64,000 nucleotides of DNA from Candidatus Latescibacterota bacterium (GTDB taxonomy: Bacteria; Latescibacterota; CBDEFO01): positions 1,376,001 to 1,440,000 of the forward strand of contig OZ252149.1 in NCBI GenBank assembly GCA_965248755.1, in the 5' to 3' direction. The notes beneath the pieces were generated by a model that saw nothing but the letters and a program-made list of their open reading frames with translations, did not search any database and was not told the origin of the DNA. This document shows, one piece after another, positions 49,541-60,233 of the stretch; the stretch's first letter is position 1; each line of letters starts with the position of its first letter. Both the position numbers and the translations under genes were made by a program.

Positions 49541-50352
49541 ATTGAGGGGAACACCTCTTCTCCGTCAAATACCGGTCCTTCCGTGCATACCCTCTGGTAT
49601 AGGTCTCCTTCTGAGCCGGGTACTTCCGCGATACATCCGAGACAGACGCCCAGCCCGCACCCCATCTTCTCTTCGATTGAGGCCTGACACGGGACTCCAT
49701 GTTCACAAGCTATATGGGTGACCTTTTCCATCATACGCTCGGGACCGCAGGTGAAGACAACAGTCTCATCGTTCCGATCCAGAAACGGAGCCATGAAGTC
49801 TGTCACAAGGCCCTTCTGTCCTACAGATCCGTCCTCTGAGGAGATGAACACCTTTGCGCCAGTGGAGTCTAAGTCGGGGTAGAGGAGGCTTTTATATCTG
49901 ACCCCGGCAAGTATAATAGGCTCCCTTCCATCCCGGATCATTTTTTCAGCTAAGATTACCAGGGGAGCCACACCTCTTCCTCCTCCGACCATAACCCCTC
50001 GTTTACACCTATCGGTTATGCGAAAACCGTTTCCGAGGGGACCGAGGGCCTCTACAGTATCGCCGGGCTCTTTGATAGAAAGTTTCCTTGTGCCCCTGCC
50101 TATGTCCTCGTAGAATATTTCGACCCACCCCTGGTCATCATCCTTGCGGCAGACACTAAATGGGCGTCTCAAAAGCATCTCGTAGCCGTCGTCCACCAGG
50201 ATATGAATGAATTGCCCGGGCTCTGTCCTTTCGGCTATTTGGGGAAGATGGAATCTGGTAAGGAACAGTCCAGGCCCCACCTTCAGGTTCAAGGTCACTT
50301 CGCCCCGCTGAATTAGAGGGCCTCTATCTGTCATTACCTCCGACATTAACAC
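49537..50352 (-). CDS. pyrK: Dihydroorotate dehydrogenase electron transfer subunit
   Basis: LRRPFS, GPLGNGF, CGP and MGCGLGVCLGC...VCTEGPVF motifs. Confidence 0.95.
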   Translation of the reverse strand: MLMSEVMTDRGPLIQRGEVTLNLKVGPGLFLTRFHLPQIAERTEPGQFIHILVDDGYEMLLRRPFSVCRKDDDQGWVEIFYEDIGRGTRKLSIKEPGDTVEALGPLGNGFRITDRCKRGVMVGGGRGVAPLVILAEKMIRDGREPIILAGVRYKSLLYPDLDSTGAKVFISSEDGSVGQKGLVTDFMAPFLDRNDETVVFTCGPERMMEKVTHIACEHGVPCQASIEEKMGCGLGVCLGCIAEVPGSEGDLYQRVCTEGPVFDGEEVFPSI

Positions 50353-50615
50353 TATATCTTTCTTGCTCTTAAGCGTACTTCAAAAGAAGACTAAACATAG
50401 ACAAGCTTGTGTATAATATACTAACTGTATACTGCAAAAGCAACTCTTTATTGCTATGAGGAATAATATTCTCACCGCTTTCGGGATACAGTGGAAATAT
50501 TCTTGACATCAGCATTGATGTATCGTATCTTCCTAAAAAATGAAAGCCCTCAGGGCACTTAAGGGCTAATGCTAACAAAGATATACTTCAATTGCATCGG
50601 AGTTGAAAAATTCCA

Positions 50616-50879
50616 ATGAATCCCCGGCTTACAGATACCCGACCAGAGGCGGAGAAGATACAAATTGAGATCCTTCGAAGTATGCCCGCTTATCGAAAGT
50701 TTGCTCTTGTGGATAGTATGTGGCAGACCACACGGGAGTTGGCGCAAGCAGGTCTCCGGAAAAGGCATCCCCAGGCTACAGAAGAAGAGATACGCTATCG
50801 CTGGGCAGCATTGGTTCTGAACCGAGAGACAATGATAAAAGCCTATGGATGGGATCCATCCAAAGAGGAACATCGATGA
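50616..50879 (+). CDS. Small protein, putative antitoxin partner of a nucleotidyltransferase-like gene
   Basis: DT.PEA..IQ.EILR.M and AGLRKRHP.A.EEEI motifs; ATGA overlap with the downstream gene. Confidence 0.7.
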   Translation: MNPRLTDTRPEAEKIQIEILRSMPAYRKFALVDSMWQTTRELAQAGLRKRHPQATEEEIRYRWAALVLNRETMIKAYGWDPSKEEHR

Positions 50880-51451
50880 CTCCCGAAGCTATCACAATCA
50901 CTCTACAGGTTATCGAAGCTCTGGAAGAGCTGAATATTGACTATCTCATAGGCGGATCTTTCGCCAGCACTCTGCATGGCATGCCTCGGGCAACTATGGA
51001 TGCGGACTTGGTGGCCGACCTAAGATTTGAACACATTCCCTCGTTCGTCGATCTCCTACAAGAAGATTTCTACATGGATGCCAAAGTGATTAGAGATGCC
51101 ATTAAGAACCGTGGCTCCTTTAACCTAATACATCTGCTTTCAGCCTTCAAGATAGATATCTTTATCCTTGGGAAGAGACCGTTCGATCTTTCTGAGTTCT
51201 CTCGGCGCAAACTTGAGCAGATCCTGAGCGAACTTCCACGTTCAGCCTATGTGAAAATCCCAGAGGACGCTGTGTTGAGCAAATTAGAATGGTTCAAGAT
51301 GGGTGGGGAGCTATCGGAGCTTCAGTAGAGGGATATTCAAGGGATTCTCAAAGTTCAAGGTCCAAAGATAGATATATCCTATCTGAAAAGGTGGGCAAAG
51401 GAGTTGGGACTTTCTGATCTGTTAGAACAGGCACTTACTGAAAGTCTCTGA
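50876..51451 (+). pseudogene. Nucleotidyltransferase-fold (TA-like) protein with an internal TAG
   Basis: GGSFAS..HG.PRATMDADLV and PED.VLSKLEW. SELQ*RDIQGIL continues in frame for 40 codons; stop at 51326-51328 where Trp is expected. Confidence 0.8.
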
Positions 51452-51557
51452 AAACCTATGTAATTGGGGACAGTCTATGTGCCTAACTGTTTGGGAGAAG
51501 AAATAGCATGCCCTTATTGAAAACGGTTAGACTTTGCAGCTCGCCATGGTCACTGCT

Positions 51558-54452
51558 CTATTTAAACGGTTCTCCAAGCGTAATAATTTCAACCTTTGCT
51601 GCCTGTCCATCAGGATCAGAAGATTCGCAATCGAATGTAACGGTATTAGAACCAGCATAAACTGTCGGAATATCCCCCTTCGTACCATTTTCAGCAGTGG
51701 TAAAGCCAGAGGAATTAAAGGCGCGAAATTGCCGGGAACCTGAATACTCAAGATAATCTTCTGCCTCAAGGGTAAAGGGGAAAGCGATGGTTTGAGAGCC
51801 AATGGTGATCTTGGGATTTTTAATTGCACTCGATTTTTCCTTTAATGCCTCAAGTTGGGTGAAATAGCATGTGACGCTCTTTAGGGAAGGAATATTTGTA
51901 AGAAATACATAGACCCGTCCAACCTTGCCATAATTAAAATGCCTGATCGACCAGTAATTGCTGTACGGATAGTGGAAACTATACACCTCGCCTTTCGCCG
52001 GTTCAGGAATTACAACATATTTCCAACCTTTAAAATCGAGCTTGACCCACCAGTCCCTTGCCGCCCATCTACTTATATCTTCAACTACAAAATGCAAAGG
52101 TACACCGCTTCCATCACCGTAAACCCAAGTCCCCATGGCGCGATTTTGAGTAATGTCTAAAACGTCATCCATTATTATCTCTACGCATCCCCATCCATCA
52201 GGATTATCAGAATTATTTGTAGCAGTCACTTTAATACTCTGATCGCCGATCTTCACCTGCTCGTCTGACAACGATAGTCCAAACACTGTGCTTTCACTGT
52301 TTCTCCCCTGTCCCCTCGGCCCCTGGGGCGAAGTCTCAAGGTTGAATTCCCCTGGCTTGATGAGAACCTTGTTTTCAGGATCGCCATATTCGGCAAGTCT
52401 TGGCATAGATGTAATGGAGACAAGCAGAGGTTGATTGTCAAATGTATTTTCGAATACCCACGAATTATTATCGCCATCAATCTTATTAATATAAGTTTCT
52501 GGTCCATATATGATTTGTCGGGCAACCATGTTTCCTTCACTATCCTTATCAAGCGTAAACTCTTTCCCCTTTTCTTTCATCTTTTTTATGGCATTTTCAG
52601 AGAAATAATTATCCAACTTGAGGTCTTCCCAATTTTTCATTATCCCGAAGATTTCCTTAGTTCTGCCATTAGCCTTGAGCGATGCGAAATACGTCTCAAG
52701 GGACATAGCACAATCGTACGCACAGCTTTTGGAATATGCGTATTCAATTTCCCTCGGTTTCGTCGCATCCCGATCATTTTGTTTGCCAAAAAACCCAAAC
52801 CAGCCAAACTCATAAGGCTGCAGGTTTATAGCGTTCGACTTGGAATGATCTATCGACACAATACCAAAATGTTCAATTATGCCCCTGGTGACAAAATCAG
52901 TAGTATTTCCCCTTGAGAAAATGTGCCATGACCAATTACTGATCGGTCCGTGGGTCCAAAGCATCTCCCGCTTCGTATAATTGTATAATTTACTCACTGA
53001 CAGGTTATTAATATACCACATAGGTTCTTTCCCATAAAAACGGAGGTTTTCTCCGATTCCGTCAGGGTAATTCATATCAAATCCGAAATAATCTATAACC
53101 CATGCCATCTTTCTTGCAACTCTGTCGTACAGGTCAGATTGGACATCCGGTTCAAAATGACCGATGAATTCTGCAAGATTTTCGATTTCCGCGCCTTCTT
53201 CATGTTTGACAGGATGAGTACCGTAAGCCCCCCTTATACAGCCAACAAACCCATATGGGGAAGTAATCTGTATATCATCATAGGTGATTATCTCATTATC
53301 AATCTGCAACTCTCGACCGTAATGCCTGTGTTTCCCCGCTTTATCAAGAAGCCCTATGGGAGAGGTTGTCGTAGGAATAAATGTCTCAAATTCTTCTATA
53401 TCTCTTTCTAGTATACGTTTGTTCTCCCATCTCTTGAGAAGACCCGGATCTGGTATTGGATGCACTAAAGAATCAGTCTTTGAAATTATTCTATCGAGAA
53501 AATGGACACCTGCCTTAAGCCCGGCGGCATGAATTTTGTCCACTGCTCTTTTCAGTCCAGCCTCTCCATTCGGGAAATTTTGTCTATTTATCAGATATGA
53601 TCCATGCGAACTGGACCAGGTGCCATCATAAACCATAATGTACCCGAACCCACCTTCCAAAGCGTAATCAACTACTTCATCAATGCTATCTTCAGAATAA
53701 TCAATAAAAAGATATGACTGACGAATTTCTTTTGCCTTTCTTGCCCATACTCCATTTAAGGTCGGATGAGGTAAACCATTTTCAACCTCTACCTGTTCAA
53801 CAATATCCAGGATTTTTTCTGTAGGACATCCGATCAGCGCAATTTTCCCTCCTTCTAACCTGACACGACTATCACACCAGGCGACAAGACTATTTGAAAG
53901 TGCTGCTTCTTTAAAAACATTCCTCGTTGCACCTGATATCGTTTCGATGTTAAGAGGAATAATACATCCTGCAAAATCCTCATCCCTTGTACAGGTCAAA
54001 GTTGTACTCATGAATTCTGCATTTGTAAGAGGAATATTCGCCAATTGAAATTCGCTCACACTATGATCATTGATCGAAATTAATTCGAATGTTATGTAAC
54101 TTTGCAAAATGCGTACATGGATTCGTGCGCAAATATCAGTAATACCAAACGTAACAAATAAAAAATTGTTTTCATATTCGACCTTTGTTGCACCGATATA
54201 ACCGCTCCCCATGTTAATTGACATAAAATTTGATTTTAAGTTCTTATCGAGGTAATCCCTCCCCGAATTTTTGTCTATAAAAGATTTGTTCAATCCGTCA
54301 GTCCCTATCACATAAGAGACAAGATCGTTTTCGAAAATAATCTTATTATCCGAAATTTTTGGTGATAGATATTCTGTCATGAGTGGATATCCTCCAGCAT
54401 CTAAAAATAGAGCTGAAGTAATGACTGCAGTGATTACAATTTTTCTATACAT
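51558..54452 (-). CDS. Large exported protein, probable glycoside hydrolase-like TIM barrel with accessory beta domains
   Basis: Signal peptide; YDGTW, NFPNGEAGLKRAVDKIHAAGLKAGVH and FDMNYPDG motifs. Visibly AT-richer than the flanks. Confidence 0.6.
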   Translation of the reverse strand: MYRKIVITAVITSALFLDAGGYPLMTEYLSPKISDNKIIFENDLVSYVIGTDGLNKSFIDKNSGRDYLDKNLKSNFMSINMGSGYIGATKVEYENNFLFVTFGITDICARIHVRILQSYITFELISINDHSVSEFQLANIPLTNAEFMSTTLTCTRDEDFAGCIIPLNIETISGATRNVFKEAALSNSLVAWCDSRVRLEGGKIALIGCPTEKILDIVEQVEVENGLPHPTLNGVWARKAKEIRQSYLFIDYSEDSIDEVVDYALEGGFGYIMVYDGTWSSSHGSYLINRQNFPNGEAGLKRAVDKIHAAGLKAGVHFLDRIISKTDSLVHPIPDPGLLKRWENKRILERDIEEFETFIPTTTSPIGLLDKAGKHRHYGRELQIDNEIITYDDIQITSPYGFVGCIRGAYGTHPVKHEEGAEIENLAEFIGHFEPDVQSDLYDRVARKMAWVIDYFGFDMNYPDGIGENLRFYGKEPMWYINNLSVSKLYNYTKREMLWTHGPISNWSWHIFSRGNTTDFVTRGIIEHFGIVSIDHSKSNAINLQPYEFGWFGFFGKQNDRDATKPREIEYAYSKSCAYDCAMSLETYFASLKANGRTKEIFGIMKNWEDLKLDNYFSENAIKKMKEKGKEFTLDKDSEGNMVARQIIYGPETYINKIDGDNNSWVFENTFDNQPLLVSITSMPRLAEYGDPENKVLIKPGEFNLETSPQGPRGQGRNSESTVFGLSLSDEQVKIGDQSIKVTATNNSDNPDGWGCVEIIMDDVLDITQNRAMGTWVYGDGSGVPLHFVVEDISRWAARDWWVKLDFKGWKYVVIPEPAKGEVYSFHYPYSNYWSIRHFNYGKVGRVYVFLTNIPSLKSVTCYFTQLEALKEKSSAIKNPKITIGSQTIAFPFTLEAEDYLEYSGSRQFRAFNSSGFTTAENGTKGDIPTVYAGSNTVTFDCESSDPDGQAAKVEIITLGEPFK

Positions 54453-54637
54453 CAGATTCAGCCTCTTTTTATCTCGTTATCTCGCTTATTTGAAGGAGAT
54501 TTTTATAAAATGGGTTTTACATTTGTCAGATGCTCGATATCTCTTCGAGTTTTGGCAATAATTAAAATTTGTCCTTCTACGACTAACTTCGGAAACCAAC
54601 TGTTGGCAGTTTAACAACTTCTCAACTTACTTACTAA

Positions 54638-54800
54638 CCTGGATTATTCATAAATTCTGATGGACCTGTGATAAGCTACTGTCAATACTGGACTTTTAAT
54701 TTTCGGTCTCATTTGAAAAGCCAGCGGATTCGCCAGTCAACAACCTGTTGTATAACAGTGACTTATGTAACATTCGAGGCAAGTTTGTGAATAATCCGGG
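54638..54800. mobile_element. MITE with TIRs and 4-bp target duplication CTAA
   Basis: CTAA|CCTGGATTATTCATAAATT ... AGTTTGTGAATAATCCGGG|CTAA. Confidence 0.75.
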
Positions 54801-54805
54801 CTAAA

Positions 54806-54858
54806 TGGTCGGGGCGACTGGATTTGAACCAGCGACCACTGGCCCCACATGCCAGTGC
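54806..54858 (-). repeat. Duplicated 3' 53 bp of tRNA-Pro (att-like site)
   Basis: Matches 57525-57577 with one mismatch, in the anticodon loop. Confidence 0.92.
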
Positions 54859-54965
54859 AAAATTTTTGGCAAAAAGCCTCCAGGAAAGTGTTCAATTCTT
54901 GAGGTGAAGTACAAATACGACTTGATGTAAGAGAGGGTCAGTCTCCCAGGCACAAGGGAGGTAGC

Positions 54966-56152
54966 TTATAAAACTTCAGGAATTGCTATAAGAGAAGAGA
55001 CAAGCCACGGCTTTCCTGCCAATTCCTCGATGGGAATGTATTCGACATCGAAACCCAAGCGCCGTGGGCCCATCCGCTCAAGTCCTCTGGATGTTCGCCA
55101 GGCGTCATCCAATGTCTTGACACCGATCACCACGGCCGTTCTTCCCGGCGTGACGTTGCCACGCGTCGTTGGGGGCAGACCCCTGGTCGGGTCCACCAGG
55201 ATGATCAAATCCGGGGTGGTCGCTACTACACGGCCGTCCAGCCAGCAGAGATGTTGCTCGTTTCCACCCAGATGCGAATACCTGTCCGGTGAACTACCCG
55301 CTGCCCTTTAGGTAGTAATTCAAGTAGCGGAAAGTGTACGTCTCGCGACTCTCCCACTTCACATCGGTCGCCTGTCCCTAGAATAGTAACCAGCCGTCAA
55401 TAGCGTGCAAGATGGTTACGACCGGCTTGCCCTGTTCCCTTCCTCTGCGGATGGCTTGTCCCAGGCGCAACGACACACTGAAACTGTTCCGCACCAAGAA
55501 CCGCTTGGCCATTCTGCTGTGCAGTAGGTAGCCTGCCGTGCCGATGCCACCCCCATAGGTTACGACACTAAGTATTCGACCAACGCGATCCGCCATCGCC
55601 GTGCTTGCCTCCTCCTTAAGGATGAGAGTGTTTCCTCAGCGGTCCACAAAGGCTGCCGGACAGAAAGTGCACCCGAATATCTCGGGCTTCATCATCTGTA
55701 CCTCGGGGAGGCTCGGCCTACGTAGTCACCATCGACGATAGGCACGCCGAGTCGCGCTGCGGTGGCAATAGGCTAAGCGGTATTGGAGCTGTCCAGTTCG
55801 GTCGAGACCAAAGCACCCACTTTCACTCCGGCGTATTCCTCTAACTTACGGACGGCTGCCATCATGTAATCTGTGGGACCGTGAGCGACTCTGGTCAGAC
55901 CTAACTCGGCCAGTTCCTCCGACGGCGGTGGAGTCCAGGATCACGGCCGCTGAGGACAGTGGTTGTCACCGTCCAGAGATCGTCCGGCAGGTTGTCTATA
56001 TCTGGGATCTCTATCCTTCCCCGAGCCTTCAGTTCCTGTTCCAGCATCTCGACACCGTCAGAGGCCTTGCCACCCCCGCCCCCGGTGGCGAGGAAGGTCA
56101 GGCCACACACAAAGTCCTTCACATCCTGCTGGTTAGTCAGCGTCAGTGCCAC
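54966..56152 (-). pseudogene. DUF917 family protein, fragmented
   Basis: GLTFLATGGGG start, then PDLIILVD...G.P and GPRRLGFDVEY in several frames with stops. Confidence 0.75.
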
Positions 56153-56209
56153 CGGATGCTTCCTCCTCGTTCTTCATCCCTGAGCACATCTGGTCTTAGT
56201 GACAGCTAT

Positions 56210-57448
56210 CTATCCCGGCGCCTCAAGATGCCGAAGCAATTTTTCATGCTGCTCCCTGAATGGAGTGGAATCCTTGTCTGCCTGGGCAATCGCCTCCTCA
56301 GACAGCCCGGACTCGTTGACGACGGTAGCAAATCTAACCAGCTGGCTGAGTTTATTCCAGACCAGAGGGAGGAGTTTCCGTTCTCGGGCATAAGGGCTGA
56401 AACCACAGTTTGACGTCAAAATGATATGCTCTATGGAGACGTATTCCATGACGCTCTTGAGCCTGCGAAACATGATATCCAGAGTCTCCAAAGTGTAGTC
56501 ATTGGAATAGATAATTCCAAATAGCAGGCGAGCTTCATCCGGGAAATGTTTCAACGCCTCCAAATCCGCCGTTGTATCGTTGAGAGCTACGCTGAACTGG
56601 TCACACCGAAGTGTCTTTATGATTCTTTCAAGAAGTCCAGCCTCGCTCCATGGAATACTTTTGTGATCAATGGATCTGCAAACATGTAAGGCTGAGGCCG
56701 CTGAGCTCATGTGAGAGAAGAGTTGGTTTGAAGAATTGATGAAGAGATCGACCTCTCTCTCCAAGTTGAGCAGCTGCCGGAGTCGGGAGTCGAGCAACAT
56801 CAGGAGGCGATCATCGTCGAATTGAATCACCTCGATACCCAAGCGCTCACAGTCTTCAATAATGGGCTTATAGTGTCTTACGATGTCATCCAAATACTCT
56901 TCTTGAGTAGAATAAGCATCTCGGGAAAAAGTGGGATGCCAGCTTGCGCGCATGATCTGGTAAGGTGACGGCATGGTCAGCTTCACTACTTTTGAAGCGT
57001 ACTTTTTCATCACTTGGGCTTCTCGATGGAAGACACTATTGCCCATGTCGCCGCTCTTTCTTGCTAATTTATCGACGATAACTGCACCATATTTGAGCCA
57101 AGCGGGGTTAGCTCCATAGGCCTTGGGTCGCTCCCAGACCCTGTAAGCTTGGCCGACGTGGTGGTCCCAATAACGGCCGTCGTCCAACAGGGTGGGCACG
57201 TTAATACCCGTTGGCATGTATCCATCGAAGCAATCGTAGAAAACCGAGAAATAGCCTGATCTTTGTATCTCTCCGTCGTTGACGATATCCAGGCCGAGGC
57301 TCTCTTGTTGCAGGATAATCTCCTTAGCCTCCTCCTCCAGGACGGCTAACGCTCTTGGGTTTCGATACACATTTTCGTAGTCTCTGAACTGGTCCAGAAC
57401 CTCATCGCTCCTGGGAAGGCTACCCAGCACACTGGTTTGCAGAGTCAT
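56210..57448 (-). CDS. Cobalamin-independent methionine synthase II (MetE C-terminal-like) family protein
   Basis: VLGSLPR, GLDIVNDGE, IQFDD, LHVC and NCGFS motifs. Confidence 0.85.
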   Translation of the reverse strand: MTLQTSVLGSLPRSDEVLDQFRDYENVYRNPRALAVLEEEAKEIILQQESLGLDIVNDGEIQRSGYFSVFYDCFDGYMPTGINVPTLLDDGRYWDHHVGQAYRVWERPKAYGANPAWLKYGAVIVDKLARKSGDMGNSVFHREAQVMKKYASKVVKLTMPSPYQIMRASWHPTFSRDAYSTQEEYLDDIVRHYKPIIEDCERLGIEVIQFDDDRLLMLLDSRLRQLLNLEREVDLFINSSNQLFSHMSSAASALHVCRSIDHKSIPWSEAGLLERIIKTLRCDQFSVALNDTTADLEALKHFPDEARLLFGIIYSNDYTLETLDIMFRRLKSVMEYVSIEHIILTSNCGFSPYARERKLLPLVWNKLSQLVRFATVVNESGLSEEAIAQADKDSTPFREQHEKLLRHLEAPG

Positions 57449-57524
57449 TCGTATTGATCACTTCCTGGGATTTTATTTCAAGTCTTGGAGCCAGCAGAGG
57501 GCCCCCCTGAGCTATGGGTGGGAA

Positions 57525-57601
57525 TGGTCGGGGCGACTGGATTTGAACCAGCGACCACTGGCCCCCCATGCCAGTGCGCTACCGGACTGCGCCACGCCCC
57601 G
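57525..57601 (-). tRNA. tRNA-Pro(GGG)
   Basis: CGGGGCGTGGCGCAGTCCGGTAGCGCACTGGCAT-GGG-GGGCCAGTGGTCGCTGGTTCAAATCCAGTCGCCCCGACCA; cloverleaf with encoded CCA. Confidence 0.97.
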
Positions 57602-57699
57602 ACTGGTGAAACTATAATACATCTGAAACGATTTGTCAAGGATATTCTCCCTTTGGCCAGAGCTATTTAGTTTTCTCGGAGAAGCACTGGAAAGCCTTT

Positions 57700-57782
57700 G
57701 AGATTGCTTCGGGGTGAACCCGCTCGCAATGACCCAAAGACAAAGCTAATCAGTGTAATTGCAAGCGAAGCGAAGCAATCTC
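57700..57782. repeat. CGTC-type REP pair
   Basis: GAGATTGCTTCGGGGTGAACCCGCTCGCAATGAC and GTAATTGCAAGCGAAGCGAAGCAATCTC. Confidence 0.8.
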
Positions 57783-57863
57783 AATTCTGTTGTTGAAACG
57801 ATCCTAACGTCCAAACGAAAACAACTAAATGACCCTGCCCTTTGGAGGATGAACGGTCATCTT

Positions 57864-60233
57864 TCAGTCCAGCATGGTCTCGACTTCTACTTTATTCTCC
57901 CAAATCTTAATCGTCACCGCTCCACTTTTGTCCGTCCTGTATATCTTCGCCCCAGAGCTTTCGTATCTCTCTAATACATCAGCAGATGGATGACCGAACC
58001 TGTTCTTTTGCCCCACAGATACTACAGCTATCCGCGGATTGACCGATCGGATAAAGTCTTCGCTCGAAGATGTGGACGACCCGTGATGCGGAGCTTTCAC
58101 AATAGTAGAAGAGAGGCGATCCTTCCATCTCAAAAGCGATTTATCAGTTGCGTTTTCGACGTCGCCCGTCAAAAGCAGAGATTTCCCCTTGTAAGTCAAC
58201 CTCATCACTAAAGAGCTATTGTTCAGACCAGAGCTTGCCTGTGCGTAATCTGATACAAATTCCAATGTCGGATGAAGGACTAAGGCCCCGATTCCCAGAC
58301 CGGCAAGGCTGTCTCCGGAAGAGGCGTAATGCCTCTTGATCCCCTTTATTTCGAGGATCTCTTCGAACTGGCTCCACATCTTAGAATCATGGACCTGACC
58401 GCTCTCCAACAGATGCTGCACATCGAAATTCCGCAGAACGGGCAGCAACCCTCCTATATGATCGCTGTGCGGATGAGACACAGCGACTACATCTATCTTA
58501 TCTACACCTCGATGTCGAAGGAAAGAGGCGATAGTTGATCTACCAAAAGACCTCTTCTTTGGACCTCCGTCCATAAGCATAACTTTTCCGTTCGGGAACT
58601 TGATGAATATTCCATCCCCCTGACCGACGTCTAATAAGACTACTTCCAGTCTCTCCTTCTCCCATGTCCCTTTCCAGACATAGACGTTGGCTACTATCAG
58701 AATGAGAAAGAGTGCGATCTTTCTTGCGCGAACAGACTTCCATCCGAATGCTATTATGCATAGGATCAGATAATAGCTCAAAAAGAAGAACCAGGAGGGA
58801 CTCTGAACTGTTGCAGAAGAAAAAGAGAAACTTGAGAGGAAATAGGCCTCCGATAACATAACTTTGAGGATTAACCAGCCCACGGCGTTGAATATTGTAG
58901 CTATTAGATGGAGCCAGGGGCCGAAAATCACAGATACAAGGCCTGAAGCTATGACTCCTATAGCTGTGGGGACTATGACGAGGTTAGCAATCGGAAAGAT
59001 GAGTGATACTCGATTGAAGTTAGAAGCTACTATTGGAGCAGTTCCTAAGTAAGCAGCTATACTCACTATAAATATGCCTATGATCCATTCAATCCACCGA
59101 TGAGATGAAGTAGCTTCAGGCCGAAGGTTCAACATCATACCGTAAAACAAAAGTATAAAGAGCAGAGACAGAAACGATAATTGGAATCCAGCATCGAAGA
59201 GGCTTTGGGGCCACACCATAAGGATAATCAGCGCTGAGACTCCGAGACTGTTGACAGACTCACTGTTCCGCTCCAGTGCAAAGGCTAGTATAATAAGCGA
59301 GAACATAATGGAAGCCCTTAGGACAGATGGCCTGAAATCTAATATCAGAACGTAGAGACACAATATAAGGATTACGATGGCAGAAGCCCATCTGCGCGGG
59401 AGAAAGAAACTGAATATAGTTAGAAAAAAACCGGCTATTATCCCGACATGAAGCCCCGAAATGGCTAATATATGTCCTGTCCCTGAAGCGATGAAAGCCT
59501 CTTTGATCTTGTCTGAAAGTTCTCCTCTCTCGCCCAAGATTAGGGACTTCATAAGTGCGCGGGGATCTCCTAAAAGATTCCTTTCTATCGATTCTCTAAT
59601 ATGCCTTTTAAGCGGATAGACTATCTTTGAAAGGATGAAACTCCCTTCTCCTTCCGAGATATCCAGGATTTGATCGTCATCGTTGATATAGACCGCGCCG
59701 AAGATGCCTCTCCTTAAGAGATACTTGCCGTAGTCAAACTCTCCAGGATTCCTTGCGGGGCGAGGACGGTTTAGTTCCCCCTTCAGGACAATTCTATCTC
59801 CGTATCCTATATAGTCTGCGTCGGTGCTCAGAACCAGCAAGACATCTCCCTGAACCTGATAGGAGACTCCGCTATGTTCGACATCGGAGACCTTCATTAC
59901 GACCCTGGTATTCCACTTCCTTTCGTCAGGCTCACCGCCTATCGTTACTTTCAAGATGACTTCGCGGTCGAAATAAGGGAATTTGGAGATGTGGTCTGGG
60001 GGGAGTAGACGAGTCTTTGTCTCATAGCGCAAAGTTCCGCCGAGGGCCAACATCAAGAGGAAAATTGCACTAATGGGAAGTTTTCCCGATCTTTTGAAGA
60101 TCGTAAAAAGCAAGCACAGCAGAAATAGTACGACAAAGGATATAAAAAGAGGAAGAATGGGAGGGTTTGCGTAGTAGCCAAATAAAATGCCGCAGCTTAA
60201 CGCCGCGGCTGATATAAGAGCGGGTCTTCTCAT
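57864..60233 (-). CDS. comEC: DNA internalization competence protein ComEC/Rec2
   Basis: RNPGEFDY, HILAISGLHVG, LDVGQGD, SHPHSDHIGG and HHGS motifs. Confidence 0.95.
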   Translation of the reverse strand: MRRPALISAAALSCGILFGYYANPPILPLFISFVVLFLLCLLFTIFKRSGKLPISAIFLLMLALGGTLRYETKTRLLPPDHISKFPYFDREVILKVTIGGEPDERKWNTRVVMKVSDVEHSGVSYQVQGDVLLVLSTDADYIGYGDRIVLKGELNRPRPARNPGEFDYGKYLLRRGIFGAVYINDDDQILDISEGEGSFILSKIVYPLKRHIRESIERNLLGDPRALMKSLILGERGELSDKIKEAFIASGTGHILAISGLHVGIIAGFFLTIFSFFLPRRWASAIVILILCLYVLILDFRPSVLRASIMFSLIILAFALERNSESVNSLGVSALIILMVWPQSLFDAGFQLSFLSLLFILLFYGMMLNLRPEATSSHRWIEWIIGIFIVSIAAYLGTAPIVASNFNRVSLIFPIANLVIVPTAIGVIASGLVSVIFGPWLHLIATIFNAVGWLILKVMLSEAYFLSSFSFSSATVQSPSWFFFLSYYLILCIIAFGWKSVRARKIALFLILIVANVYVWKGTWEKERLEVVLLDVGQGDGIFIKFPNGKVMLMDGGPKKRSFGRSTIASFLRHRGVDKIDVVAVSHPHSDHIGGLLPVLRNFDVQHLLESGQVHDSKMWSQFEEILEIKGIKRHYASSGDSLAGLGIGALVLHPTLEFVSDYAQASSGLNNSSLVMRLTYKGKSLLLTGDVENATDKSLLRWKDRLSSTIVKAPHHGSSTSSSEDFIRSVNPRIAVVSVGQKNRFGHPSADVLERYESSGAKIYRTDKSGAVTIKIWENKVEVETMLD

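Noticed and set aside
30579..51328. In-frame TGA (IS transposase) and TAG (nucleotidyltransferase) as possible Sec/Pyl or code reassignment
   Set aside because: Both codons end many normal genes here. The positions fit single transitions (CGA>TGA, TGG>TAG) in dispensable genes.
54806..54858. Second tRNA gene
   Set aside because: Lacks the 5' acceptor strand and D arm; it is an att-type duplication.
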